A DNA stretch of 64,000 nucleotides from positions 1,184,001 through 1,248,000 of the forward strand of contig CAVSIV010000001.1 of NCBI GenBank assembly GCA_963728205.1, in the 5' to 3' direction. A model generated the notes under the pieces. The model saw only the letters and a list, made by a program, of their open reading frames with translations, was not told where the DNA came from and did not search any database. Source of the stretch: an uncultured Chloroflexia bacterium (GTDB taxonomy: Bacteria > Chloroflexota > Dehalococcoidia > UBA2979). Each line of letters begins with the position of its first letter. Positions within the stretch are counted from its first letter, which is position 1. Of the stretch, positions 41,229 to 52,451 are shown piece by piece. A program made the translations under genes and the position numbers.

Positions 41229-42509
41229 CTATGCGGAGCGCTTGCGGGCGGAGCGCTTGCGGCCCTCGTCGTCGCGTCGCACGATCGTCGGCAGGACGTT
41301 CTTGAGGACGACGTCCTCGGTGATGACGACCTTGGTGATCTCGTCGTCGCTGGGGACGTCGAACATGACCGGGAGGAGCACCTCCTCCATGATCGCCCGC
41401 AACCCGCGGGCTCCGGTGCCACGCGCCATCGCCTGCTCGGCGACGGCGACGATGGCCTCCCGATCGAACTCGAGCTCGACGCCGTCGATGGCGAACATCT
41501 TCTGGTACTGCTTGACCAGGGCGTTGCGCGGCTCGGTGAGGATCGTCACGAGGGCGTCGGTGTCGAGGGGGCTGACCGTCGTGATGACCGGAAGCCGTCC
41601 GATGAACTCGGGGATGAGCCCGAACTTCATCAGGTCCTCGGGCATGGCGTCGTGGATCGACTCGGCCAGGTCCTTGGGCGTGTGCAGCTCGGAACCGAAG
41701 CCGAGGCCCTTCTTGCCGTTGCGGGACTCGACGAGCTTCTCGAGTCCGGCGAACGCACCGCCGACGATGAACAGGACGTTCGTCGTGTCGATCTGGATGA
41801 ACTCCTGGTGGGGGTGCTTGCGGCCGCCCTGTGGAGGGACCGAGGCCGTCGTCCCCTCGAGGATCTTCAGCAGGGCCTGCTGGACACCCTCGCCGGAGAC
41901 GTCACGGGTGATCGAGGGGTTCTCCGACTTCCGGGCGATCTTGTCGACCTCGTCGATGTAGATGATCCCGGTCTCGGCCTTCTTGACGTCGTAGTCGGCG
42001 GCCTGGATGAGCTTGAGGAGGATGTTCTCGACGTCCTCACCGACATAGCCGGCCTCGGTCAGCGCCGTCGCGTCGGCGATGGCGAAGGGGACGTTGAGCA
42101 TCTTGGCCAGCGTCTGCGCGAGATAGGTCTTGCCACAGCCGGTCGGGCCGATGAGCAGGATGTTCGACTTGGCGATCTCGACGTGGTCGGGGTCCTTCTT
42201 CGCGCCGCCCTCCCCGGCCTGGATCCGCTTGTAGTGGTTGTAGACGGCGACCGACAACGCCTTCTTTGCGACGTCCTGACCGATGACGTACTGCTCGAGG
42301 AAGTCGAAGATCTCACGGGGCTTGGGCAGCTCGTCGAGACCCAGCTCACCGGACTCGGACAGCTCCTCCTCGATGATCTCGTTGCACAGGTCGATGCACT
42401 CGTCGCAGATGTAGACCCCGGGCCCGGCGATGAGCTTCTTGACCTGCTTCTGGGACTTGCCGCAGAACGAGCACTTGAGCAGGTCGCTGCTCTCACCCAT
42501 GCGTGCCAC
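41229..42509 (-). CDS. clpX: ATP-dependent Clp protease ATP-binding subunit
   Basis: CSFCGKSQ zinc finger, GPTGCGKT and [14 protein letters not shown]. Confidence 0.97.
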   Translation of the reverse strand: MARMGESSDLLKCSFCGKSQKQVKKLIAGPGVYICDECIDLCNEIIEEELSESGELGLDELPKPREIFDFLEQYVIGQDVAKKALSVAVYNHYKRIQAGEGGAKKDPDHVEIAKSNILLIGPTGCGKTYLAQTLAKMLNVPFAIADATALTEAGYVGEDVENILLKLIQAADYDVKKAETGIIYIDEVDKIARKSENPSITRDVSGEGVQQALLKILEGTTASVPPQGGRKHPHQEFIQIDTTNVLFIVGGAFAGLEKLVESRNGKKGLGFGSELHTPKDLAESIHDAMPEDLMKFGLIPEFIGRLPVITTVSPLDTDALVTILTEPRNALVKQYQKMFAIDGVELEFDREAIVAVAEQAMARGTGARGLRAIMEEVLLPVMFDVPSDDEITKVVITEDVVLKNVLPTIVRRDDEGRKRSARKRSA

Positions 42510-42550
42510 GTGCCCGTCCTTCCATCGGTCGAGAGGGGACAACGACCCCG

Positions 42551-42577
42551 ACGGTACCCGGCGCAGGTGGGTACCGT
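42551..42577. promoter_or_regulatory. inverted repeat upstream of clpX
   Basis: ACGGTACCC-N9-GGGTACCGT. Confidence 0.35.
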
Positions 42578-42800
42578 TGCCATTGAACGCCTCGGGTCAC
42601 GGGCGAGTCGCGCTTGTCCGCTGAGAGCGCAATGGGCCGATCCCCCCTGATCGGCGGCCGACCTCGGAGCAGGGCCGGACGACCCGTGTGGCAGCCATCG
42701 GCTCCTCAGGGCACGCGCTAGGATTCGCCCTGCCACGGCATAGGAAGTCGACCCCTTCGGAGAGCCGTGAAAGGCTCTGTCGAACCCGGAGGTCAGCCAG

Positions 42801-43940
42801 GTGTGCCGCGACGCCGAATCCCAGGGGGAGCCCGCGAGACCGTGGACGGTCTCCATCGTCTCGGGAAGCTTCGGTGCCGGCCATGACGCCGCCGCCCGGG
42901 AGATTCGCGCCTGTCTGGCCGAGCACGGCATCCGGGCGGACATCCATGACATCGTCGACCTCCTTCCGCCAGGGCTGGGCCGGGCCCTCAAGGCCGTCTA
43001 CCTCCGGCAGCTGCGATCCGTCCCGGCCTCGTGGGGATGGCTGCTCCGCCGACTGGACGGGACCGGTGAGGGCGGACCCTCCCGCCTGACCCGGCTCATC
43101 GCGACCGTGACCGCAGCGGCGAGCCGCCGCATCATCGACGACGTGGCGCGGGGCGCGGACGCCATCGTCTCGACCCACCCCCTGGCCAGCCAGTCCCTCG
43201 GGCAGCTGCGGCTCCGCGGCCTGGTGACCCAACCCGTCTTCACCTACCTCACCGACCTGTCGGTGCACCGGCTCTGGGTCCACAACGGCGTGAGCGCCCA
43301 TCTGGCCCTGCATGACGTGGCGGCGGTGGACGCGAGGGACCACGGGGCCCGGATCGTCCACGTCGTGCGCCCCGCCGTGGCCAGGAGCCTGCGGGAGGTC
43401 GCCCCGATCCATGCCGGGCGGGCCATGCTGCGCGTGCGGTTCGGCCTTCCCGCGACGGGCCGCCTCTGCCTCATCACCGGCGGGTCGGAGGGGGTGGGCG
43501 AGCTGGCCGAGACGGCGGCCGACGTCGCCGCGTGCTCCGACCTGCACCCGGTCGTCCTGTGCGGCCACAACGACCATCTGCGCCGACGCCTCGAGCACCG
43601 CGCCGACGTGACGGCGTTGGGATGGGTCTGCGACATGCCCTCCCTCTTCGCCGCGGTCGACGTCGTCGTCCAGAACGCCGGTGGGAGCACGTCGCTCGAG
43701 GCACTCGCGGCAGGGCTGCCCGTTGTCAGCTACCGGTGCATCCCCGGGCACGGCGAGACGAATGCCGCCGCTCTCGACCGAGCCGGACTGGCGCCCTGGG
43801 TGCGCCGACCGGCCGACCTCTGCGAGGCGCTCCGGACGGTCACCGACGGGCAGACCCCGACGATGCAGGACGCGACGCGCCTGCTCCGCGCCTCCAGATG
43901 CGTCGGTGCCACGGTCAGCGCCCTGGTGGAGGCCGGGTGA
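42801..43940 (+). CDS. MGDG synthase/UgtP-like glycosyltransferase
   Basis: SGSFGAGHD, VSTHP, YLTD, GGSEG, NAGG.TSLEA and PGHGETN. Confidence 0.85.
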   Translation: MCRDAESQGEPARPWTVSIVSGSFGAGHDAAAREIRACLAEHGIRADIHDIVDLLPPGLGRALKAVYLRQLRSVPASWGWLLRRLDGTGEGGPSRLTRLIATVTAAASRRIIDDVARGADAIVSTHPLASQSLGQLRLRGLVTQPVFTYLTDLSVHRLWVHNGVSAHLALHDVAAVDARDHGARIVHVVRPAVARSLREVAPIHAGRAMLRVRFGLPATGRLCLITGGSEGVGELAETAADVAACSDLHPVVLCGHNDHLRRRLEHRADVTALGWVCDMPSLFAAVDVVVQNAGGSTSLEALAAGLPVVSYRCIPGHGETNAAALDRAGLAPWVRRPADLCEALRTVTDGQTPTMQDATRLLRASRCVGATVSALVEAG

Positions 43941-44683
43941 GCCGGATGCACCGGGGGCCGGTCACACGGCGGGCAGGTCGGGCGGCGGCCGGGACGGCGG
44001 CCGGCCTCGTGGCGGTCCACCTCGGACCGGCCCTGACCTCGCTCGCCCCGCGTCGCCGAGCGGCATTCCTTCCGTCCCTCTGTGGCCTGAGCCGGACCGG
44101 ACACCTGGCCCTCACCTTCGACGACGGGCCCGACCCCCGCGGAACTCCGGCGATCCTCGATGCGCTCGACGTGCATAGCGTCTCGGCGACCTTCTTCGTC
44201 CTCGGCGCGTTCGTCGCTCACCATCGGGACATCGTGGCCGAGACGGCCCGGCGGGGGCACGAGGTCGCCGTCCACGGATGGGACCACGGCAGCACGGTCG
44301 GCAAGGCACCGCGCGTCCTCCGGGACGAGCTGGTCCGGACCGCGCAGGTCGTGGCCGAGGTGACCGGCCAGGCACCGCGGTGGTACCGGCCGCCGTACGG
44401 GGTCGAGACCGCATCCTCGCGTCGGGCGGCCCACGCGGCCGGGTTACGGACCGTGCTGTGGACGACGTGGGGTGTCGACTGGTCACGCCGGGCGACACCG
44501 GCCTCGGTCGTTGCGCGGATCCGCCGCGATGCCCACCCCGGCGGGACGGTCCTCCTCCACGACAGCGACCGCACCTCGGCACCGGGGTCGTGGCGGGTCA
44601 CCCGGGCGGCGACCGTGGAGCTGCTCGACGGGTGGTCACGGGACGGCATACCCGTCGGCCCGCTCCGCGACCACGGCCTCTGA
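43937..44683 (+). CDS. polysaccharide deacetylase (CE4)
   Basis: ALTFDDGP, HEVAVHGWDH, YRPPYG and VLLHD. Confidence 0.9.
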   Translation: MSRMHRGPVTRRAGRAAAGTAAGLVAVHLGPALTSLAPRRRAAFLPSLCGLSRTGHLALTFDDGPDPRGTPAILDALDVHSVSATFFVLGAFVAHHRDIVAETARRGHEVAVHGWDHGSTVGKAPRVLRDELVRTAQVVAEVTGQAPRWYRPPYGVETASSRRAAHAAGLRTVLWTTWGVDWSRRATPASVVARIRRDAHPGGTVLLHDSDRTSAPGSWRVTRAATVELLDGWSRDGIPVGPLRDHGL

Positions 44684-44702
44684 CGAGGCCGACGCCCGCG
44701 GC

Positions 44703-45026
44703 TCAGCCGGCGAAGTGGGCCGAGTGCGAGTCGACGACCTCGACGGTGTAGCCGTCGGACATCGCCTCGATGAGCACCGCCGCGTGCTGCGCCGACAGCG
44801 CCTCGGACAGGCGGACCCCCAGTCGACCGTCCGGCGCCGCGACGAAGCGCAGCCCGTCCGGCGGCAGGTCGATCCCGGCGAACGAGGCGATGCTCCGGGC
44901 CCGGTCGCGCAGGTGGGCGACGACCACGCCGGAACACATCCCGTCCTCGGGCAGGCCGAGCGCGTCCCCGAGGTTGGTCGCCGCGGCGAAGACGTCGCTC
45001 GACGCGAACCGGTCCACCGGGCTCAC
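44703..45026 (-). CDS. hypothetical protein
   Basis: GTG overlaps the clpP stop; GAGGAG RBS. Confidence 0.5.
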   Translation of the reverse strand: MSPVDRFASSDVFAAATNLGDALGLPEDGMCSGVVVAHLRDRARSIASFAGIDLPPDGLRFVAAPDGRLGVRLSEALSAQHAAVLIEAMSDGYTVEVVDSHSAHFAG

Positions 45027-45673
45027 TCCTCCTCGGAGGCCTTGCGCGAGGCGAGCACCTCGTCGATGAGGCCGTACTCCTTGGCCTCGGCGGCCGAGAG
45101 GATCTTGTCGCGCTCGATGTCCCTGCGGACGTCTTCGACCGACCGACCGGTGTGCTTGGCGATCGTGGTCTCGAGCCACCCGCGCATCCGGATGATCTCG
45201 TTGGCCGCGATCTCGAGGTCGGAGGCCATGCCGCCGGCCCCCTCCATGGCGGGCTGGTGGATGAGCATGCGCGAGTTGGGCAGGGCGAACCGCTTCCCCT
45301 TGGCGCCGGCGCCGAGGAGGACGGCCGCGGCCGACGCGGCCTGGCCGATGACGAAGGTCTGCACGTCGGGGCGGATGTACTGCATCGTGTCGTAGATCGC
45401 CGTCATCGCGGTGAACGAGCCGCCCGGGCTGTTGATGTACATGAGGATGTCGCGGTCGGGATCCTGGGACTCGAGCACGATGAGCTGGGCGATGACGTCG
45501 TCGGCTGAGGCGTCGTCCACCTGGACCCCGAGGAAGATGATCCGGTCCTCGAAGAGCTTGGTGTAGGGGTCCTGGCGCTTCATCCCGTAGGACGTCCGCT
45601 CCTCGAACTGGGGCAGGATGTAGCGGCTCGACGGGGTCGGCAGGTGCAGGCGGCCGGTGAGGTCTGCGTTCAT
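45023..45673 (-). CDS. clpP: Clp protease proteolytic subunit (second gene of the pair)
   Basis: [24 protein letters not shown] and LIHQP. Confidence 0.95.
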   Translation of the reverse strand: MNADLTGRLHLPTPSSRYILPQFEERTSYGMKRQDPYTKLFEDRIIFLGVQVDDASADDVIAQLIVLESQDPDRDILMYINSPGGSFTAMTAIYDTMQYIRPDVQTFVIGQAASAAAVLLGAGAKGKRFALPNSRMLIHQPAMEGAGGMASDLEIAANEIIRMRGWLETTIAKHTGRSVEDVRRDIERDKILSAAEAKEYGLIDEVLASRKASEEE

Positions 45674-45710
45674 CGGGCTGGGGTTCCTTCTGGGGTCGTC
45701 GGGTCGCTCG

Positions 45711-46337
45711 TCAGTTCGAGGTCAGGGGGTTCTTGGCACGCGGACCGGCCTGCGTGGACGTCGTGATGACGTGGTCGACGAAGCCGTACTCCTTGGCCTC
45801 CGCGGCGGTGAACCAGCGGTCGCGGTCGGAGTCCTTCTCGATCTGCTCGAGGCTCTGGCCGGTGTGCTCGGCGATGAGCTGGGCCATCTGCTTCTTGATG
45901 TGGAGCAGCTGCTCGGCCTGGATCTTGATGTCGCTGGCGGTGCCCCCGATGCCACCCGACGGCTGATGCATCATCACCCGCGCGTGCGGGGTGGCGTAGC
46001 GCTTGCCGGGGGTGCCGGCGGACAGGAGGAACTGACCCATCGACGCGGCCATGCCCATCGCGACGGTGGCGACGTCGTTGGGCACCCACTGCATCGTGTC
46101 GAAGATGGCCATCCCCGCCGTGACCGACCCACCAGGGCTGTTGATGTAGAGCCAGATGTCGGACTCGGGGTCCTCCGCGGCGAGGAGCAGCATCTGCGCA
46201 CAGATCGCGTTGGCGTTGTCGTCGCGGACGTCCGAGCCGAGGAAGATGATCCGCTCCTTGAGGAGCCGGTTGTAGATGTGGTCGTCGAGGCCGAACTGCG
46301 GGTTCTCCCCCGCCGCGGTGATCTCGGTGCTGCTCAC
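45711..46337 (-). CDS. clpP: Clp protease proteolytic subunit (first gene of the pair)
   Basis: [29 protein letters not shown] and MHQP. Confidence 0.95.
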   Translation of the reverse strand: MSSTEITAAGENPQFGLDDHIYNRLLKERIIFLGSDVRDDNANAICAQMLLLAAEDPESDIWLYINSPGGSVTAGMAIFDTMQWVPNDVATVAMGMAASMGQFLLSAGTPGKRYATPHARVMMHQPSGGIGGTASDIKIQAEQLLHIKKQMAQLIAEHTGQSLEQIEKDSDRDRWFTAAEAKEYGFVDHVITTSTQAGPRAKNPLTSN

Positions 46338-46469
46338 GCTGTCTCGCTCCTTCGATGGCATCGGTGCCGCCGGCCGGTCCGTCGGCGCGGCATCGGGTGG
46401 AGCCGACGCCGTCCGCTGTCAGTGACCCTAACGCGGGGGGTTCCCCGGAAACTCCCCGGCCCCGGGCCT

Positions 46470-46486
46470 GTTCGCCGTGAGCACAA
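46470..46486. promoter_or_regulatory. ClgR-like operator upstream of the clpP operon
   Basis: GTTCGC-CGTGA-GCA is a near match to GTTCGC-N5-GCG; a TAGGGT -10-like box lies on the minus strand near 46426. Confidence 0.5.
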
Positions 46487-46505
46487 CGCGGCCCCGCCGG
46501 GTGGG

Positions 46506-47736
46506 TCACCCCTGAGCAGCCACCCGGCCACCGGCCTCCCGCACCGCGGGGAGAACGAGCTGGACGAGCACGGCCATCGTGCCCACGGCGAGCAGGGCGT
46601 GCAGGACGCCGACGCGGTCGCCGAGGAAGCCGAGGATCGGCGGGCCGGCGATGAAGGCGAAGTAGCCGATCGTCGCGACGACCGACATCCGCGCCGGGGC
46701 GCGGACGGGGTCGTCCGCCGAGGCGCTCATCCCGACCGGGAAGCCGAGGGCGACCCCGAGCCCCCACAGCACGGTGCCGGCATACGCGACCGCGACCGGG
46801 CCGTAGATCACGAGGAGCGAGCCGACGATGGCCATGCCGAAGCAGCCCGCGGAGCACGGGGACCCGCCCGTAGCGGTCGAGCACGGTGGTGCCGACGAGC
46901 CGACCGAGCGTCATCGAGGACAGGAACGCCGCGAAGGCGAGGACCCCGGCCCAGGCCGGGAGCCGGTGGCCATCGACGAAGGCCACCGCCATCCAGTCGT
47001 TGGCGGTCCCTTCGGTGAATGCCGCGACGAGGGTGACGACACCGATGAGAAGCGTGCGTGGCTCGAGCCACGCCGACCGATGACGTCGTGCTTGGCCGGC
47101 CGATGCCGCCGCGGTACTCGCGGCGCCGTCGTCCCCCTCGACGGACCGCGGGAGGAAGAGCCGCAGCGACCACCACCCGCCGACGACGACGAGCGCGGCG
47201 ATGGCGAGAAGATGGACGAGGATGGCGACCCGCGCCCACGACATCACCGATCCGATGAGCGCGCTGACCACCGTTCCGGCGCTGAAGGCGGCGTGGAACC
47301 GCGGCATGACACTCCGGCCGAGGAGGCGCTCGACGGACGCGGCCTCGAGGTTCATCGCCACGTCCCAGACGCTGACCCCGATACCGAGGAGAAGCAGCCC
47401 GGCTGCGACGACGAGGCGTGAGTGCCAGAGGTCGATGCCGAGGCTGAGGGTGAGCGACCCGGTCGCCGCGACGATCATCCCGCCGAGAATGGTCCGCACC
47501 ACGCCGAACCGGTGGGCGATGCGACCGGCCGACGGAAGGGCGAGCAGCGACCCCAGGGCCGCGGCGAAGAGCGTGCCGCCGAGCTCGCCCGGGGTGAGAT
47601 GGAGCTGTGCTTTGGCGTCAGCGATCCGCGACGCCCAGGCGGCGAACTCGATGCCCGCGAGCGCGAAGACCGCGAAGACCCCGTTGCGTGCGGCGAGGAC
47701 CGCGGCGCGAGACGGAGCGAGCACCGACATGGGCAT
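46506..47736 (-). CDS. MFS transporter (frameshift near 46845)
   Basis: WASRI, DVAMN, FHAAFSAG, EGTANDW, GRLVG and GPPILG. Confidence 0.85.
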
Positions 47737-47838
47737 ATTCGATCACCCTGCGCACGTCTAGGAGGGGTTGTCTCGTCGCCCGCCGCGGGGCGGACGCCTC
47801 GACGAGGGTCCACGGCGCGCCGAGGCGCGCCGGGGGGG

Positions 47839-49197
47839 TCAGGCCGAGGTGTCGCCCTCGGGCTCGCCCTCCGCGTCGACGGCGACCTGGTCCTCGGCGG
47901 CCTCCGCATCAGCATCTGCGGCGTCGGTGGACGAGGTGACTGCCTCGCTCAGGTCGATCCGCTCACCGGCGGTGTCGGTGACGACGGCCGTGTCGAGAAC
48001 GGCCGCGAGCGCCTTGCGCCGGGCCACCTCGGCGACCATGGACGGGACCTGCCCCTGCTCGTCGATGAGCTGGGCGAACTGGTTCGGGTCCATGCCGTAC
48101 TGCTGGGCGCTCATGACGAGGTACTCGATGAGCTCGGTCTGCTCGACCGAGACCTCGAACTTCTCGACGAGGGCATCGAGGAGGAACTGGGCGCGCAGCG
48201 CCTGCCGGGTGTTCTCGTCGACCTCGGCCCGGTGCTCGTCGTCCTCGAGGCGGTCCTCGCCCTCGAGGTGGCTGTGCACCTCGGCCTCGACGATCCCGTC
48301 GGGCACCGGGATCTCGGTGGTCGCGAGGAGGTGCTCGAGCACCTTGTCCCGGGCCTGGAGGGCCTGCCCACGCTTCTTGGCCTCGGCCACCTGACGGGCA
48401 ACGTCGGCCCGCAGCTCGGGGAGGGTGTCGAACTCCGACGCGAGCTGGGCGAAGTCGTCGTCGAGAGCGGGGAGCTCACGGACCTTGACCGAGCCGACGG
48501 TCACGGTGCAGTCGGCGTTCGTGCCCTCGTGGTCACCACCGGCGAGCGGGGCGACGAACTCCTTGGTCTCGCCGGCGCTCATCCCGACGAGGGCGTCGTC
48601 CATCCCCTCGAGCATGGTCCCGGAGCCGACCTCGTAGGAGACGCCGGAGACGGAGTCGATCTCGTCGCCGTCGATCGCCGCCGAGAGGTCGATGGAGACG
48701 AAGTCGCCGGTCTCGACGGGACGCTCGACTCCGGTCAGGGTCCCGAACCGCTCGCGCAGGTCGGTGAGCCGCTCGTCGATGTCCTCGTCCGTCGCCTCGA
48801 CGGCGTCGACCGTCACGGCGATGCCAGCGGTCTCGGGGAGGGTGATCTCGGGTCGGACGTCGGTCTCGACGGTGAACTCGAGCTCCTGGCCGTCCTCGAG
48901 CGGAACGGCCGTGACGTCGACCTCGGGGTTGCCGATGGCCCGGATGCCCTCGGTGTCGACGGCCTGGCCGAAGAATCGCGGCAGGGCGGCGTTGACGGCC
49001 TCCTGGACGACAGCCCCGCGACCGACGCGCTGGTCGATGATGCGGGTCGGCACGTGGCCCCGGCGGAAGCCCGGGACCTGGATCTGCCCCCCGATCGTCG
49101 TGTACGCCGCGTCGAGGTCGGCCTTGAGCTCGTCGAACGGCACCTCGACATGGAGCTTGACCCGGGTCGGGCTGAGGGTCTCGACGGCACTCTTCAC
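47839..49197 (-). CDS. tig: trigger factor
   Basis: KSAVETLSPTRVKL and VPGFRRGHVP. Confidence 0.95.
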   Translation of the reverse strand: MKSAVETLSPTRVKLHVEVPFDELKADLDAAYTTIGGQIQVPGFRRGHVPTRIIDQRVGRGAVVQEAVNAALPRFFGQAVDTEGIRAIGNPEVDVTAVPLEDGQELEFTVETDVRPEITLPETAGIAVTVDAVEATDEDIDERLTDLRERFGTLTGVERPVETGDFVSIDLSAAIDGDEIDSVSGVSYEVGSGTMLEGMDDALVGMSAGETKEFVAPLAGGDHEGTNADCTVTVGSVKVRELPALDDDFAQLASEFDTLPELRADVARQVAEAKKRGQALQARDKVLEHLLATTEIPVPDGIVEAEVHSHLEGEDRLEDDEHRAEVDENTRQALRAQFLLDALVEKFEVSVEQTELIEYLVMSAQQYGMDPNQFAQLIDEQGQVPSMVAEVARRKALAAVLDTAVVTDTAGERIDLSEAVTSSTDAADADAEAAEDQVAVDAEGEPEGDTSA

Positions 49198-49381
49198 TTC
49201 AGGCACTCCGAACTGGCGGTTGGGGTCGGTCTGGGGTTCGGTCCGGCCACCGCGACCCGGGCCGGCCGGTGACGAGGGTCCCGGCGCGGCCGGCATACCG
49301 GACCTGGGCAGGCACCGGCGCGCTGGCGTGCGACGCGGGAACCATGCTAGCGGGCGGGCCGCCCGAGGCCGAATCCCTCGT

Positions 49382-49849
49382 CTACCTCGCCGTCGGAGCC
49401 CAGCCGCCGTCCAGCCGGGCGGGCGGGTGGGTGCGCCGAGAACGGGCCCGCCCCCATGCACCCACGATGAGGAGGACGACCGCGGCGAGCGGCCAGATGC
49501 CGACGAAGCCGAGGTCGATCCAGCGGGTCACCTCGTTGATCCGACCCTCTCCGGGCCGGGCCGGGTCGACGAAGACCGTCGTCGGGACGGCAGTGGTGTC
49601 GGTGACACTCTGCTGGGGGTTGACGATCGTGTACTGGATGCCGTCCACCGAGTAGTAGACGAGACCGCGCACCGATGAGCCCTGGATCTGCCGTCCGGTG
49701 AGGAAGACCGTGTCCACGGGCGACTGGAGCTCGAGCAGCAGGGCGAGGACTCCGACGACGAGAAGGACCAGAGCACCGATGCCGACCGGTCGAGAGACCA
49801 TGCCTCGGACGACCATGCCTCGGACGATACGACGCGCCGCTGGGAGCAC
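49382..49849 (-). CDS. hypothetical two-TM membrane protein
   Basis: N- and C-terminal hydrophobic helices around a YSVDGIQYT beta region; start uncertain. Confidence 0.5.
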   Translation of the reverse strand: MLPAARRIVRGMVVRGMVSRPVGIGALVLLVVGVLALLLELQSPVDTVFLTGRQIQGSSVRGLVYYSVDGIQYTIVNPQQSVTDTTAVPTTVFVDPARPGEGRINEVTRWIDLGFVGIWPLAAVVLLIVGAWGRARSRRTHPPARLDGGWAPTAR

Positions 49850-49899
49850 CGCGGTGGCGTCGGTCGCCGGTCGAGGTCGGGGGACGGGCCGGCGGTACG

Positions 49900-50451
49900 G
49901 TGTCCGGTATGCCGTCCCCCGAGCGTCCGACCGGCACCGTGACCCCGCTGCAGTCCTTCCGGGTCACCATCGGGTCGGTCATGTCCGGGCTCGTCATCAT
50001 GGCCGTGGTGTTCACCGCCGTCCTCGGCACGGCGGTGCCGCCGCTGTGGTGGCTGGTCGTCCCCCTCGTGCTGGGCGTCCTGGCCGAGAGCGCCATCACG
50101 ACGGCCGGCTATCGGGTGGTGCCGATCCCGCCCGGCGCCGCACCCGAGGAGGCCGCCGGTCCGGCCAGGATCCGCTTCCAGCGAAGCGCCGTGGTCCGGA
50201 TGGCCATCGGTGAGTCCGTCGCGATCGTCTCGATCGTCCTGTCCTTCCTCAGCCGGCCGCAGAGTGTCCTCACCTACCTCGTCGGGACGGTGGTCTCACT
50301 GGTCCTCCTGGGGCGGCACGTCTGGCCCAGCGCGGGGATGATCGACCGGACCGAGCGAGCCCTCGACGCGTCGGGCGGTCGATCGCATCTCGCCGACGTG
50401 CTCGCCGGTCGCGAGCCTGGGTCGAGCGCCCCGGGCTACGCGCAGCTCTAG
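49900..50451 (+). CDS. hypothetical membrane protein
   Basis: Four hydrophobic helices; coherent codon usage. Confidence 0.6.
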   Translation: MSGMPSPERPTGTVTPLQSFRVTIGSVMSGLVIMAVVFTAVLGTAVPPLWWLVVPLVLGVLAESAITTAGYRVVPIPPGAAPEEAAGPARIRFQRSAVVRMAIGESVAIVSIVLSFLSRPQSVLTYLVGTVVSLVLLGRHVWPSAGMIDRTERALDASGGRSHLADVLAGREPGSSAPGYAQL

Positions 50452-50469
50452 CCCGTCGCCGGCCGAGGG

Positions 50470-50725
50470 TCAGGCCGACTGCTCTGGGTCGAGGCGCTCG
50501 AGGATCCACGAACGGACGAGCGTCGAGGCCGGCAGGCCGGCGGCTCGTCGGCGACCTGCTGGACCCGGGCGTACTCCTCCGAGCTGGAGCCGAACCGGGT
50601 CACGCGCGGGAGCGGTCACGGTTCGGCCTGGTGAACCGAGCGCCCTCCGGATAGGGGTGGTCCTTAGTCTGCTCGGACTCCCGACGGAGCCGGTCGGCCA
50701 GCTCAGGGTCGATCGTCTTGGCCAT
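50470..50725 (-). CDS. CopG/RHH-like antitoxin (frameshifted)
   Basis: MAKTIDPEL...SEEYARVQQVA..GLPASTLVRSWILERL; GAAGGGAG RBS. Confidence 0.6.
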
Positions 50726-51032
50726 CGTCACTCCCTTCTGTGTAATCGGGAAGGTCGTGCCCCGAGGCCGGCCAGGCGTTGAGGCCATGGAGGTCGCCGT
50801 CGAGGTCGCGGTAGGCGGTGACGACGAGAACCCGTCCGGCGCTCGTCGACTCTCCGATGAAACGTGAAGCCCCGATCCGGGACTTGGCATCTGGCTCGAA
50901 CGCCACCAGGTCCGGGTCCGACAGCACCTCCTCGGTCCACTCGGGTTGGATGTTGATTCCGCCGGGGCAGCGGTCTGCTCTGCTTCGGATGTAGGTCGAG
51001 GAGACTTCATCCCAGTAGATCGGACCTGGCAT
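50703..51032 (-). CDS. BrnT-like toxin
   Basis: IYWDE...EEVLSDP...RFIGES...VLVV...NAWPA, upstream of and overlapping the antitoxin. Confidence 0.55.
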   Translation of the reverse strand: MPGPIYWDEVSSTYIRSRADRCPGGINIQPEWTEEVLSDPDLVAFEPDAKSRIGASRFIGESTSAGRVLVVTAYRDLDGDLHGLNAWPASGHDLPDYTEGSDDGQDDRP

Positions 51033-51172
51033 GGCTCACCGAATTACGCCGTAGTACGTCCAGGAGGTTGGACGCGTGCGCCGTAGCTCCGGAGTCCGTT
51101 ACCGCACGGATCGCGGCATGGTCGGACGCCAGCCCCGACAACGGTCGGGTGGAAGATCGGATGCGGTCGCGC

Positions 51173-51517
51173 TCAGCCGGGCGCCGGGCGCTCGGCGTCG
51201 ACCGGGAGGCCCGCGATGCCGGTTGCGGTCACCAGGCGCAGTCGCTGGACGTCGACGCTCGTGACGTAGTCGTCAACGCGGTCGAGGAAGTACCGGGTCG
51301 TGGTCTGCGACTCGTGCTCGGCCAGGGCATCTTCGCTCGTGTAGAGCTCGTAGAAGATGCGGACGTCGGGCTCACCAGCGAGCGCGTGCACCGCGTAGGC
51401 CAACGTGCGGGGCTCGTGGGCGGCGATCCCCGCCACCGTGTCGCGCATCAACGCGTCGAACGCCTCGGCTCGCCCGGGCCTGAGCGCGAATCGGACCACC
51501 AAGCCGAACTGGGACAT
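51173..51517 (-). CDS. ABM/quinol monooxygenase family protein
   Basis: VRFALRPG, EPRTLAY and FYELY...AEH; GAGGAG RBS. Confidence 0.85.
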   Translation of the reverse strand: MSQFGLVVRFALRPGRAEAFDALMRDTVAGIAAHEPRTLAYAVHALAGEPDVRIFYELYTSEDALAEHESQTTTRYFLDRVDDYVTSVDVQRLRLVTATGIAGLPVDAERPAPG

Positions 51518-52451
51518 CTGCTCCTCCTCGGTACGAGCAGACCCTCCCACGTCGGGGACTCCGGCACGGTGAGAATGGAGGCCGCCGCGCCGTCCAGGTC
51601 GGCACCCCGCGAGGCCGAACATCCCCGGCGAGGACCGAGGTCGGCAGTCGCGCGGCGCCGCCCCTCAGGTTCGGCACGCCGAAGCGCACCTACGTTCAGC
51701 CGTCCAAGGCAACTCCCGCCTAGCGCCGGGTCAACCCTGCGCGAGTGGAGATCAGCGCTGAGAACACCCGCGCGATCCGCGGCATAAGAGGACGCTAGCG
51801 CCGACAGCGGCATGACCGTGCAACGGTATGCCGCCATGCCGGACAGCGGCATTTGGGACGTTCGGTGCGTCCGCAACCGATGCCCGATCTACCGTCCGGG
51901 GCGGGGCCTCGGTCCTATCGTGGTTCCGGACTCGACTCCCAGCAACGCGGCGCCAGCGGTTCGGCGCCGCGAGAGGTCGATGACGAGCCGAGGGCCCGGA
52001 GGTGGGGACGGCCGGCTGGAACACTCGGGTCGTGGACACGAGCGAGTGCCAAGACTGCGGCCACAGCCTCTCGGCTCACGGACCTGTCGCGTGCGCGGTC
52101 TGCTCGGCGGAGGAAAGTCGCGGAGAGCGAGCCATCGGCCACGTCTGTGGACTGACCCCCATCGATCCGACCCGTCCAAGTGATGAGCCGCGACGAGCAG
52201 ACGGTTGCCATGTTCCTGTCCTTGCAGCGGCAATGGGGCCTGAATCTCGTGGTCATGGTTGCCTGTGCCGCCGTGTCGGGCTGCTCTACCTCTTCGATCC
52301 CGACCTCTCGTCCACCTGGTCTCGCGCAGCAGCGATCATCGTCCTTGTTGCTGGTCTTCTCGTCCTCACTGTGGCGACCGCTCGCTCACTCATCGAGCAG
52401 GGTGCAACATCAGTAGTGACACACCTCAACACTCGATTAGGGGTGAGTGTG

